This document shows, piece after piece, positions 29,593-42,105 of a stretch of 64,000 nucleotides of DNA. The DNA is from the human T2T-CHM13v2.0 reference genome, Homo sapiens. The translations under genes were made by a program, and so were the position numbers. The notes beneath the pieces were generated by a model. The model searched no databases and was not told the origin of the DNA. It saw only the letters and a program-made list of their open reading frames with translations. Each line of letters opens with the position of its first letter. Positions within the stretch are counted from its first letter, which is position 1. Location of the stretch: NCBI RefSeq assembly GCF_009914755.1, contig NC_060926.1. One strand, 5' to 3'.

Positions 29593-29817
29593 TAGGGCTT
29601 TCTCAACCTCAACATCATTGATGACATTTGGGGCTGAATGATTCTTTGTTGCGAGGGGTCATCCTGTGCACTGTAGAATGTTTAATGGTATCTCTGGCCT
29701 CCACCCACTAGCTGCCAGAAGCAGCACTCTCTCTCTCTCCAATCATGGCAAAACTGCCTCCAGATGTTTGCCAAGCATCCCCTGTGTAGCAAAATTGCCC
29801 CCAGTTGAGAACCACTG
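29593..29817 (-). mobile_element. MER20 hAT-Charlie DNA transposon, inserted in a MIR
   Basis: tttctcaacctcaac...gacatttggggctg...catcctgtgcactgtagaatgttt...ggcctccacccactag...aaaattgcccccagttgagaaccactg. Confidence 0.88.
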
Positions 29818-29976
29818 GGATGGTGCTACCTATGGGGTATGCATCAGTCCTCCCAGGTCTGCATCTCACCTAGCACTCAACACATTGTAGGTTGGTGAAT
29901 TACATGGAGCTGTGTCTCTAGGTTTTAGCAGTTTGGGGTAGAAATGTTGTGGAACTCTTAGGTTGCCCACACAATG

Positions 29977-30011
29977 CACTAACAGAGTCACTGTCATTTT
30001 CTTAATTGCAG
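29977..30011 (+). promoter_or_regulatory. Branch point and 3' splice site of PRKCE exon 2
   Basis: CACTAAC (29977-29983) is near the TACTAAC consensus and ~30 nt upstream of the AG, followed by ctgtcattttcttaattgcag. Confidence 0.7.
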
Positions 30012-30075
30012 ATTGATCTGGAGCCAGAAGGAAGAGTGTATGTGATCATCGATCTCTCAGGGTCGTCGGGTGAAG
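30012..30075 (+). CDS. PRKCE: PRKCE (protein kinase C epsilon) coding exon 2, C-terminal end of the C2/V1 domain; 64 bp, phase 0 in, phase 1 out
   Basis: ttttcttaattgcag|ATTGATCTGGAGCCAGAAGGAAGAGTGTATGTGATCATCGATCTCTCAGGGTCGTCGGGTGAAG|gtagga translates to [21 protein letters not shown](A). This matches the recalled PKC-epsilon sequence ...[29 protein letters not shown]..., with canonical AG/GT boundaries. Confidence 0.97.
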
Positions 30076-33000
30076 GTAGGAGAGCGTGACTTCTCATCCC
30101 TGTTTTCTTCCATTGGCCCTTTGCCTTCTGGGTCTCTTCTTTCCCCCCCTTGGCCGGAACACATTATAGTGACATTTAATTAATTGGCATCCTTTAAAGG
30201 AAAAGGTTATTTTGAAGATGCTTACGCCTGTGTACCAAAAGGGACCAGCCATCTGTTAACTTTGGTGGAGCAGAGGGAAGATTTTGGACTTACCAAGTGA
30301 GGCCAATAAAACGGGCGTTTTTGCACGCTGTGTGCAAGGCAGGCTTCAGTGGCAGGGCAGCCTCTCCCAGGAGGCTTGCGTGGGGTTTGTGTGTGTGTGG
30401 TGGGAAGGAAGTAAAACCAGTTGGTCTAACGGCATCCAGAAATGAAACGAATAAGGTGACAAACTTCAGAATCTTCTTTAGAGCTTTGATAGAAGTGGGA
30501 CTTCTTTTACCAGTTCTTTACACAGACAAAAGCTCTGCTCTTAAAGAGAAATAATGGGGTGAGGGAACATCTGCTCCCCACTGACTGATTAGATGGCGTA
30601 TTACACCCTCTTCCTCTTACACCCTCTTCTTTCAATCCTTTCTTTGCTCACTTAACTACACTTAAGACCTTTGAAGGGTTTGCTGGGTGTTGAGGACTGA
30701 GCAGTCAAGGGAAGAAGGGAAGCCTAGAAAATAAAACCTTATCCAAACAGGAACAAGGAGATAACAACCAACTTAAGCTCTAAGAAAGATTTGGAATTCG
30801 GACTGAAATGTAGTTATTGTGGCCTTCTTTTCTCTCCTACTCCTCCATCTGTGGGCAGGGGGACAGAACAGTTGGCTTTAATGCCATGGCAGGGATATTG
30901 GAAGACCATGTGTAGTTCCTCTTGGCAGTGAGAAACAAACAGTGTTTGGGGACTGTGTCCCAAAAGGAAAAATGGACACTCAGCTCTCTCAGCTCTCCTG
31001 CCTGGAACACTTGGGCCTTTCACAACATCTCCCCAGAATACTGGGGATCACAAGCTCAAAGTCACAATCCCACACACAGTCTCTAGTTTAAGGCTCAGTG
31101 ATAGAAGGAAGGATTACATATTCAGTTAGTCAAATGATGTGCTTGACAGTGGTGCCTGATGATTTCCATTCAGCTAATTTATCACCCAATCTCAACAGGT
31201 ATTCGGAAGAATTCAATAATTGTGTGTATATGGGGATTATAATAGAATTAGGCCCTCTTTTAATAGATCCCAATTATTTGGCATAGGTTTAAAACTTTAA
31301 ACAGCCTTCCAAAATTGGTTGCTTACATTTCCTGCTCTTTATTGCAATTACATTTTGGCATTTCCAACTTCCCTTCTCTGCTCTCAGCTCTGAACTGCCC
31401 AGAATAGAACCTGTTGTAGAAGATTTGAGGATTTAACAATATTTCACATGAAATATTTAAGACCTACAAAAGGGCATAAAGACAAATTAAATGAGCACCA
31501 GTGTGCCCACCGCCCCAATTAAGAATTAGAGCAAGCAGTGAGGTGAAGCCTTGTCCTTGCTTTTAACATAGAAAGTGATCCAAATTCACCAGACTTGACT
31601 TAAGGTTTTGCAGTGTGGCCTCCTGATTCTAGACACTGGCGAAACATTTGATGGGCAAAATCAATCCCCTTTTTTCCTTACATAATCTGTGTGCAATATG
31701 ATAATTAATTAAATATGTATTTCCTGTGCCAAGATGCTGAGCAACCAATGGGAGGCTGGGACTATTTTCTCTTTCTTTGAAAAGATAAATGACTTGCAAA
31801 ATTATAGAAGACATCCTTTTTTACATTAGAGGGAAAGGAGATGGACAAATGAATGAATAAATAAATCAGAAGCAATTGATTTTTTTCTGCTTGCTTCTAC
31901 AGCTTATTGCATGTGAATAGCCAAAGCAATTTTCACTGGGCTAAATTCTGAGTCTATTTTTTAAATCTCTTTCATCTAAAGAAAATAGAGTTTACTTTAG
32001 AAATGCTGACACATGCCAGAGTCTGAAAAGTGCTAGCATGTGTTGCTCTGAAGAAAAGAAGACATTTTTCTACTTTTTTTTTTTTTTTTTTAAATTGCTG
32101 TTCTTGGACTTGGGATCCTTTCTTTCGATGGTGGGTAGGACTTTCAATAATCCGTTCTGAGAAGCTGCTCTTGTTGTTTGTGTTATACACATCTGTTCTC
32201 CCAGTCCTGTTGCTGGGACTGTGAGGGTTCCTAGCCTGGAGGGGGTTTTGGAAGAGTTGAGAGGGCAAGGGGAGGCCCTAGAGAATGAGAAACCACAACA
32301 TTTCATACCTAAACCACGTGAGATGGGTCTGGGGTGAAGCAAGTTGTCACAACCACCCTCCTGGATTTACAGACTGTGGACTAAGTATTTTTTTTTTTTT
32401 TTTTAGTGAAAATACCTAACTCTGCATTCTGTGAAAGGGAGAGAGTTGAAATGAGGCACAGCTGAAGTTTCACCACTCCATTATTCTGCCATCAAGCATC
32501 CCTTCAGCTCCCATCTCTCAAATGCTGCAGCCCCATCAATGGAAAAAAATACATTCATGGGAATTGCACAAAGTTTACAACACATGCAAATTCCAAGGAG
32601 CTCAGAGAGAGGTGTGGGGGTGAGATGGTGTGACTACACCCCCTTCTTCTAGGATGCGCCGAAGGATTCTTTTTCTTGCTCATATGCTGTTAGAAAGCCT
32701 GGGCGTTTACGTCTGCTGGAGCTGGAGCTAATGTGATTTCTAACTGTCTAATAAAATTCCACTGCTTGCATGTCCTGTGCAGTTCACTATAGTGGAATCT
32801 GGCCAGTGTGTGTTTTGGCTAAACCAGCCATCCTAACCCCAGATGTAAGGGGGTCAGGCTAGATGACAGTTAAGGTCATTTCCGGCCATGTGATTTTATC
32901 CTTTGGTACAATTTGAATAGACATCTGTCAGAGCTCGTGGCTGAGGGCTGGCTAATATGTACAGAAAAAAGGAGTTGCAAGAAATGGACTCGTTTGGTGC

Positions 33001-33714
33001 TAGGTATGGTGCTAGGCACTTTACCTACATTATACCAAGTAGCAAACCTGCTCAAAATGCTCTTATGGGAAGCTCCAGTCTCAGTCCATGTTTTACTTGC
33101 ATCGTAAGTAATAATCACAGGGGGTTCTGGTAAGGGTGGCTCTCCAGGCTCTCCAGATGCTTAAATCAAAGCACAATTAGCCCAGGTAACAGAGGCGTAA
33201 ACAGCAATGTAATTCTCACCTGTGCAAATGATGGTTTCCTGCTGTGCCCATTTGTTAGTATTTCTTCCCTTCATATGATGTAATTTGCATATTATTTCTT
33301 ATTCTTTCTAATAATGTGGCAATGCCCCATGATTCACAGGCTTACCGATGAGAGACGGTCGGCGCCTGACCTGGGGACTGATAGGTTCTTCTTCCCATGC
33401 CTTGCACCTAGGTGTCATGCTCACCTGGGAGAGTTCTTCAGCATCTAAACCAACAACAGCAATAACAAGTAGGCCCATTGGTATGTTTGGATCACCAAAC
33501 TGTTTCTCCAACAAAATACAGAGGATACAAAGGAATAGGAATGATTTTTGCAACACGTACCTCACAAATGATGCAGATAAGTCAAGTTCTGGAGGGATTG
33601 CATATTGTGGAAGCAGAAGAGCAGGGAACAGGAGGCACCCTGTTTCTTTCTGCAGCCACAGGCTGAAAGGGGTCAGTCTTCTCTGTGGGACTCAACAGAT
33701 AGAGGAGAAAGAGC

Positions 33715-33900
33715 ACAGCCTTAGGAGTCCTTCAGACCTGGATTGAAATCCTGGCTCTAGTGTTTAGTAGCTTAGAGCCTCAGATTTCTCACCCACAACA
33801 CAGGGATAATGGTTCCTATGGTAGGTGCTAGGCCAGGATTGTCATAAGAACAGTGCTTTGGTACAGTGCCCTCGCATGTAAGAGATGATCAGTAAATATC
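33715..33900 (+). mobile_element. MIR SINE
   Basis: cagacctggattgaaatcctggctct...gagcctcagatttctcac...gggataat. Confidence 0.65.
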
Positions 33901-35322
33901 ATGAAGCCTTGGAGACCTGAGGGCAGAGAGGTTGGCATAGCTCTACCCAGTGCCCTTGAAGAAGCATCTGGCAGGCTATTCAGGGAAACTGTTCAAGGAC
34001 AGGTTTCTGACGCTGGGGTGGGACATGTTCACAAGGGCCAAGAACAGAGCCAGGTACCAAAGAGGCGACTTAACAGAGTAATCTATCTGGCAGGGACTGT
34101 GCGATTGCTTTCTGCACAGTTCAGGCCTTGCCTCAGTTTTGCCTATTGTCACTCCATTTATTCCTTATCCTCTCCCAAGTAAAGTAATTCCTGGAAGGAC
34201 ATTCTCTAGCATCCCTGAGCCACTCATTTGCATTCCGTGGCCCTTAATGCTAGAGGCTTCTCCTTGTCAGAGCCTGGGCTTGTCCCATCCCTGCTTAGTG
34301 TGGACCATAGCATGTGGTCCCCATCCTCTCACCAGCCCTTGGGTAAAAGGCCTTTAAATATTTGAAGACAGTTTTTCAATATCTCTTTTTTCAGGCTGAA
34401 TCAATCAAATCCCTTAACCTTTCAGAAGGGATATTTTAGAAATCTTAACTCAACTTTGCAACCTCTTCTGGACTTTTTTCAAGTTGCACAGGCAGACGTG
34501 ATCAAACCAGCTTCGCTTGGTTCTGAAATAATAACATGTGTGTAGAGCTCTTAGCTTTACCAAGTGCCCAGCAGTATTACCTCCATGTGGGAGATGGTGA
34601 AATTGAGAGGTCAGATGATGTGCTCCAGGCCAAAAGGTTGATTATGAGACCCTGCTGGGTCCAGACCCCAGGCCACAATCCAGGTCCTGCTTCCATTCAT
34701 GGCCCCAGTAATGAGTTTGCCACATGGCAGTGATTCCCCACTCCACCCCTGGTTCGATCTTTTTATTTTAGTTCTCTTCTTCAGAAAGCTTTTTATAGAA
34801 ATATAAAGCCAAAGTTCTTAGCTTTGAATCCAAAGGTGACCAGAGTCTCCTTCATAAATAAGCAGATCCCTTTTCCACTGTGTTAGAAATAAAAGCTCTT
34901 TTGGTCCGAGCTCAAGGTTGGATCCTTCTCAGGTTGTCTGTAATGTGGATCCATGGCTAAGTCTTGGTCTGAAACTAGACCTGACTCAAATCCCAGCAGG
35001 TTAATAATTCTTCCTACTGACCTGCCCTCCTTGCTAGAGATGTTAGTTTTGTATGTGAAGACTCTGAGTCCATAGCAGGCATTAGAGCAGTACCTCCAGG
35101 GCTGAAATCAAAGTGAAAGGGGTTTTTCTCTTGAAACTCTGTCTTAGCCAGTGGGCAGGATACATATCGACGGGTTCTCTCAGATTCAAGCCCCACTGGA
35201 GCTTCAATTCATAAGAATTTTACCTCTTTTCTTCTAAATTCTACGTTAATAATCCAATGTCTTCTAGTTAGTAGAAAATTAAAAAGAACCATTCATTCAA
35301 ATGACCAATAGTTAGCAATTCA

Positions 35323-35623
35323 TTTTTTTTTTCTTTTTTTGAGACGGAGTCTTGCTCTGTCGCCCAGGCTGGAGTGTGGCAGCAGGATCTCGGCTTACTG
35401 CAACCTTTGCCTCCTGGGTTCAAGTGATTATCCTGCCTCAGCCTCCTGAGTAGCTGGGACTACAGGCATGCACCACCATGCCTGGTTAATTTTTGTATTT
35501 TTAGTAGAGACAGGGTTTTGCCATGTTGGCCAGGCTGGTCTCGAACTCCTGACTTCATGTGACCCACCCACCTCGGCCTCCCAAAGTGCTGGGATTACAG
35601 GTGTGAGTCACTGCATCCAGGCT
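35323..35623 (-). mobile_element. AluS-type SINE
   Basis: Poly-T followed by a full reverse Alu. Confidence 0.92.
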
Positions 35624-38600
35624 ACCAGTGCATTTCAACAAATGTGCCCAGCTTTGTGTCTGTGCTGGGTTTGGGGAATGGAGAGTGGAGAAGGAAGTAG
35701 AAAATGGGAGATGGCATTCACAAGAAGTGTAAAACCCCTTTGCCTTCAAGGAGCTTGCAATTCAATTAGGCACCCTAGACTTGCAGGATGAAAGCATTAG
35801 AGAACAATGCAAAGCATTGTGTGTTTGATTAGGTGTTACCAAGAGTTCTCCAAGTAGGAATAAGTCGGGACCAGAATAACCCAGGAAAACTTCAAGAAAG
35901 AGGCAAGGCTTGGGTTGGAAAGGAAAGGATAGGCAGGCTGGATTGGCAGGGAAGAAGTGGAGAGACCATTGTGAGTGGAGGGAATCATGTCATCATTATC
36001 AAAGACAGCTTTGAAGCTCTTATTTTCGGGGATGGCTGGATAGACAGGATAAGTTAAATAGATGCAGTGTGAGCTCTCTAGGAGCATCCAAACAAAGGCA
36101 GTCGTCAGTATTGCAGGCAGAAATTTTCATGCTATGCAAGCAAGAAAATGAAATGCCTTAAATGTTTAAACTGTCTGAAGATTGAAGGCAGTTCCTTCTG
36201 GGTGTGACTTCTGGGTCAAGTCTTTCTCTCACCATGACCTACAATGGGAAGGAGTGTTCTAGGTCAAGTTTGGTCAAGTCTGGGACACTGGGCAGAGCAC
36301 ATTTTACAACTATGACACTGAGGCATTTAGAAGATCAAGCCCAGGTACAGGCATCCCATCGTGGTCTTTGTGGTCTCTTTTCTCGCTTAGCAACCTCATA
36401 GAGTCCCATAGCAATCCTTCTGCCATCCTCAGCATTCTCTTCCTCTCCATCCTTTCAAAAGTGCCCCAAAATCAAGCCCAGATACTCCCACGCTTTCTCT
36501 TTTCAAATTCTCTTCAGTCTTTAATAAGAAATGTCACTTGAGAGGTTAAGGAGAGCCTCCAGCTTCCCAAACAGGGGACCTCAAAGCCAGACACCAGCTC
36601 CAAGGTGCTGATCAGGCTCCCTCACATGTTGTGCCTTACGCAATAAGATCCTGATCCTGTTCACCACACAGACTCCCTAGACATGCATGGACATGTCAAA
36701 TCCCCTGGCAGTGCACGGAGCCCAGAAAACAACAAAATAACAAAATCCAGATGTTCAACAACATTGATCTTACAATATGCACCCCACGTTACCACACCCC
36801 ACCCCGGCATAACTTCTTCCTGTGGCTGATTCTCAGACCCAGGGAGCAAGCCTCTGTGTCTTGGGATTTTTGGCTCTATTTTTGGTCCTGATGGAATAAA
36901 TTCTTGTTCCCAGAAGTGACTATATGCACCAGATGAGACCAAGGGGATCAGCTGGAAAACAGTGAGCACCAAGCCCCCATCAAGGAGTTTATAATGTCAC
37001 AAAGAGACATCGCTAAGATGCTTGATGAGACATAAGCCAAGAAACCCTCATTTCCTTCCAAATAGCCTCTAGATGCACAGCAGTGCCTCTGAAATGAATC
37101 ACCCATGGTTAACAACGCCAAATGCCAACCATTAGCAGATGAGAAACAGAACTGAATCTTGAGTGTTTGGAGAGCAGAGCTCTTTTGATCACAACTAGAG
37201 CCTCCTTCCCCTCTGCCATTACAGGAGCGTAGATATATATTTCCTTTTGACTGGTGTGCCTGTCTTACCAATAAAATAATTGAAGGAAGAATAGTTACAG
37301 TGAAGAAATAAGCTTATTGGAAAGGTGGATTTCTAATAGATCCTTGGTCAAGAAGTGGGTCCCACATGACCTCTAGTTCTATCTCCGTTGTCTTGCTGTG
37401 TATCATTTCTGTGTCCTATAAAGAAGATTGTTTCTGGAAATTCCTGTTTGCAGCTGAGATCATACTGGCCCAAAATGGGTTCTAATTTAATCATTTATTG
37501 TTGTTGATGTCTTCATGATTTGGCTTAAAAGAAAGGGTATTTCCATTCATTTAACCTAATTTAGAGTTGTCTGTCTTTCAGGACCTATTACTTTATTCTT
37601 TTATCCAGTTGAAAATGGCCAGTGCTAACAGTTTTATTGATTTTCCTTATTACCTAGCTTTGTTGAAACATGCATGTTTTCACAAGCAAGTGCATTCACC
37701 ATTTTTAATCGAGCTGTTGACACTGGGGCTTTTATCTTCCTCCTTTATTTAAACCTTTGGTGTGAGCTCATAGGGGCCAGTGTAGGGGTGTACATGTGCC
37801 CAAGTGCACACAGGTGAGAATGAGTGTCTCTGAATCACCTATTCTGTCTCCCCCTCATCCTCCATTTCTTCAGTTGGAAGCATCATTTATTTGCTTATCT
37901 AATATATACGAGGCCCTGGGGATGTAGAGCTAATGAACACAGTGCCTGCTGTCAGGAAGCTCATGCTCTGCTAGAAGGAGGCAAGCAATAGACCAGTAAG
38001 CATCATCGTGTGCTTTAGCTGTTGGGTAGCTACTGGTAGGGCAGGGTGCTGTGGGACCACCAAGGAGCCTCCCTTCTGTTTGCAGGCTCTGCTGTGAGTA
38101 GGCAGTCAGTAAATGACAGCCACAAACACTTCCACGTGATCACTGATCCACATGGCAACCCTGAAATGCAGGTACCAACAGTTATCCTCTTTCCTTGGTT
38201 GAGGAAATAGTGCCACGGCCCACTGAAGATTCATTTGAACAGGAGATAAAATAAAGAGGGACTAGTATTTGATTGACCACAATTTGAACTTTTCAGGAAG
38301 ACATGTGATGTATACATTGACTCATTCAACCTATGGCTGTTAGGCACTTTCTGTATGCTAGTTACTCTTCTCAGAACTGGGGGCACAGAAGTGAATAATA
38401 GAAACAGAAATTCCTGCCCTCATGGGGCTTACATTCAAGTGGATATGCTTGTGTGTGTTTGGGAGGGGTATGTGTGTGTGTTTGCAGGTTGTCTATGCAA
38501 GGATACACAGCAGATTGAGAACAGTGGCTGTCTCTGGGGAAAGGAAAGGGAAAATTTGGAAAGGATGAGACATTTCTTGTCAAGCTTATTATTTTGTTTT

Positions 38601-39881
38601 TCTTTCCCATGTATGTGCATGAGCTATTAATTTTTTTATTACTTAGAAATTGTGAAAAAAAATTGAATTATATAGAAATGTGACCATTCCCATTCACAGA
38701 GTGACTTGCCCATGGCCAGAGGCTACAAGAGGCTCCAGCAAACCCTGCCAGAGAGGAGTGACTCACTGAATCCACAGACCACGTCTAATGGCAGGGAACT
38801 CCACAAAGAATGCTCTCCGTTCATTTATTGCTTGATAGACACCTCTAATGTATAAAGGGCTATGTTGAAATTTAGGATTCCCTCGGGCTATGCCTGTCAC
38901 CGAGGACTGAGTGCTCCTGCCATGGAGAGGCAGGTGGGCCAGGTGGCCTGGGCTCCCGCAAAATGGGTGAGGCAAGACCCCCTCAGAGCAGTAACTCCAG
39001 GAACCACTTGCCTCCACCTGCCAGCCCTGCCTGCACCTCGCTGGACAGACAATCCCACTGTGGCGTTTCTGATGGCAGCATTTTCCGGCATTTAGCCTCC
39101 GCTGGTACTTGTCCCAAACTTGGTCATCTCCCCAGACAGAGTGCTTTCATTAGCTCTGCCCTTCTACCCAGCTAAGTAGGGCAAGTCAGCTGCCGATGGT
39201 CATACCTACTTTCCAAACATTCAAGTTTGTGTGTTTCCTGATATTGAAAATAGTGGTGATGTTTAGTTCAAAGGGAGAAATGTTCTCTGCAACAAAAACC
39301 CGTGACCTCTACTATTAGCCAAGTGTGAATTTGTTTTAAACTGTTTAAAACAGTTAACTCAAGGGAAGTTAAATTTACTTTCAGGTGTATCCATCTGTTA
39401 TTGGGTTCTGCATTGTAGTTCCTGCTCCATAATTAGTTAATTACTTGATTGACCGATTCATTCAACAGATGTAAACTGAGAGTCTATTGCCTGCGCAGGC
39501 ACCATGCTAAGAGCTAAACAAACAAAGATGAAAAAGACATAGGTCCTGCCCTCTAGGAGCTCTCAAGCCAGGAGATGTCCAGCAACAAGTCATTTACTCT
39601 ACTTGGGTCCCACTGGCCTGCTCTGTACACGGAGAGGGGTGATACTCAGGGCTTCTTCTAGCTCTATAGTTCTGAGTCAAAACCAAGAGAGGTTTGCATA
39701 CAGCTGGGCACCTGGAAGGGGGAAGTGGGAGATAATAAAAATGTTCAAGCCAGATCTCAATGCAGAAATTATTTTATTTAAGTCTAAATGGATCTGCCAG
39801 GTAGGTTTTATCATCCCTCTTTTACATATTGGAAAAGTGAGGCTTGAAGAGCTTAAGAATGTGAATTGCCTGGAAAACCTG

Positions 39882-39998
39882 TAAAAATGGAGATTCTGAC
39901 TCAGGCAGCCCAGGATGGGGGCTGAGATTCTGCATTGCTAACCAGCTCCCAGGAGATGTCTGTGCTGCTGGTCCCTGAACCGCACTTGGAGTAGCAGG
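39882..39998. mobile_element. MER5-type hAT MITE fragment
   Basis: gattctgactcagg...gctgagattctgcattgctaaccagctcccaggagatg...gctgctggtcc...gcacttggagtagcagg. Confidence 0.75.
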
Positions 39999-41904
39999 AG
40001 ACTGGAAGCCTTGAGATATTCCGCCTCTGAACCATGCTGAGCAGGCACCAGTTCCTACTTGATGGAAAACTAAGAAGGAAATGTGCAGATTTTTCTTTCT
40101 CGAGTCCCGATCACTTAGTCCTTCTCAAAATCAATGCCTTTGAATCCTTTTCTGTTTGGAATCTTCTCCCTCCCCATTCTCCTTTCTTATGGGGAAAGGA
40201 GTTGAGAAGGCATCAGTGTTGTTAGAGAGCTGGGAAATGCCCAGGCCTTGGTTTTTTCATTCTGGCTTTCATAGTTTGCAGTTTCCATTCTGAGAAGGTC
40301 AAAATGGACAACATCAGTGTTCTTCCAAGATGAGAACAAGAAGCAATTATACCAGGAAAACAAAGCACTAAGTAACCCTTTTAAAAGCAACCAGTCAGGA
40401 TATTGAATTTTTTGTTTTTGTGTTTGTTTTTCTATAAATATCCTGAAGTATTGAGTGGTGCCTGAATTTGATCCCACTGTGCTAATTTTTTCCTGGTTCC
40501 TGGGGCTTTAATTAAAATAACTCACCCAGGGACCTTGCTAGAACTTACCTCTATGTGATCTCCCCTGAGGTAGGCAGGTCGCACCTGCTTTTTATGGAAG
40601 GGGAAATGCAGAGTTCTGGATTAGGTGCTGCGTACACAGTAGGGGCATAATTTTTACTTGCTGGATAAATGAATGCATGACTAAATGAAAATAACAGGAA
40701 AAACTGTCACTTCTAAAGGAAACTACTGAGATAAACAAGGTGTTTGGCCTGACTTTGCTTTGGATAATCGGTTCTTTCATATTCCACTGTACAATCAATT
40801 TCATGAGTGGGCATGGATCTGAATGTTTAAGCTTACTGTATCGGATACTTACTAGGGACTTTCCAATGCCACTCAGGGCCCGCATGCACACCAAGTCCTC
40901 AGTTATAAAACCCTGTCCTCTCCCTGTTTATTTAGCTACTTCTTTATTCTCAAGTTTGCCACCTCCTGGGAGCCTTCCCACACACGGGCCCATCCCACCA
41001 GCATTCCCCTGGTTCATGACACTGGATTTGCCCCCCACACTCCTCTGTGTCTTTCTATACAACCATGTACTCACATATTTATATTGTACCTATAATTGGA
41101 GTCCAGGTTGTGCCCTGCTTGCCCCATCTAAGGGCACAAGTCATTCAAGGGCAGAGGTTCCTGTACTGGTCCAGAACTGAGACCTGGCCCGGTGCAGTGT
41201 GGCTCCCTGTTGGCCTTGCAATGTGGCATTGCTGAGCCGGGAGCACCATCCTACCATTCTGACTACACAAAACAAGTATGGGGACAAGGACTGTCCCTGT
41301 ACTTGGGGCCTCTTGGTCCAGTGGGGAACCAGACCTAGAGACAGATCACCAAAACCCAGTGTGAAACAGGTTACCATAGGGAGGCATGGATTAAGTCTAT
41401 GAGGGTCTTGCTTATTCCAGGGCCTCAATAGCCCTGGGCACAAGACCCCCAACTGGCTACGCTGAATTAGCATTAGGTGGCATCATGATGAGGTATAGTG
41501 GGAGGAATCCTTGTATTAAAATAAGAAGCTTGGATTCTGTTCCTAGCTGCTACTAACCAGCCTATTGAAGGTAAACAAATCGTTGGGTATTTCTGACCTT
41601 CAACAGGATTGCAAGGAAAGCATTAAGAGGCGATGGTTAAGCCAATGCTCAGGATTTTGAATTCTCAGATTGAAGACTTTCCGAATACGGGCGTGAGTCC
41701 ATGAGAAAGTTTCCTAATCTCTCCTTACACTTACCACCAGGGAGCCAGACCCAATTATTCTTGGCCAAAGAACAGGAGCCTTAATATTAATAGTAGATGA
41801 GACCTGGTAGGTGTCTTAGAAACTTAAAATGTGGCCAAGTGGAATAGAGAGAGAACTTATTCTGTGGCTCCTCTTGCAGCTTTGGGATGACAAGGGTTAC
41901 AAGG

Positions 41905-42105
41905 AGTTATAGGGAGGCAGATTTCAGCTTAGTTTAATGTATGGAAAAAGTCTCCAATAAGCAGAGCTCACCAGCAGTTAAATATACTCAAACAGTAAGT
42001 AGGGAGCTCTCCATCTCTGGAGGTATTCAAGGAGAGACCAAATGAGCATTTTGAAATATCGTAGAACAAATTTATATATTAGCTAGAGGGCTGTATTGGA
42101 TAATT
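41905..42105 (+). mobile_element. L3/CR1-like fragment
   Basis: ggaggcagatttcagct...gagctctccatctctggaggtattcaaggagagac. Confidence 0.55.

Noticed and set aside
30012-30075. Single-exon circRNA driven by flanking inverted Alus
   Set aside because: 64 nt is very short for back-splicing, and the nearest full-length flanking Alus (24.3k, 35.3k) share the same orientation.
30601-30629. Short tandem duplications (ttacaccctcttc x2; also ~13538-13562 and ~52237-52282)
   Set aside because: Ordinary slippage-type micro-duplications with no sign of function.
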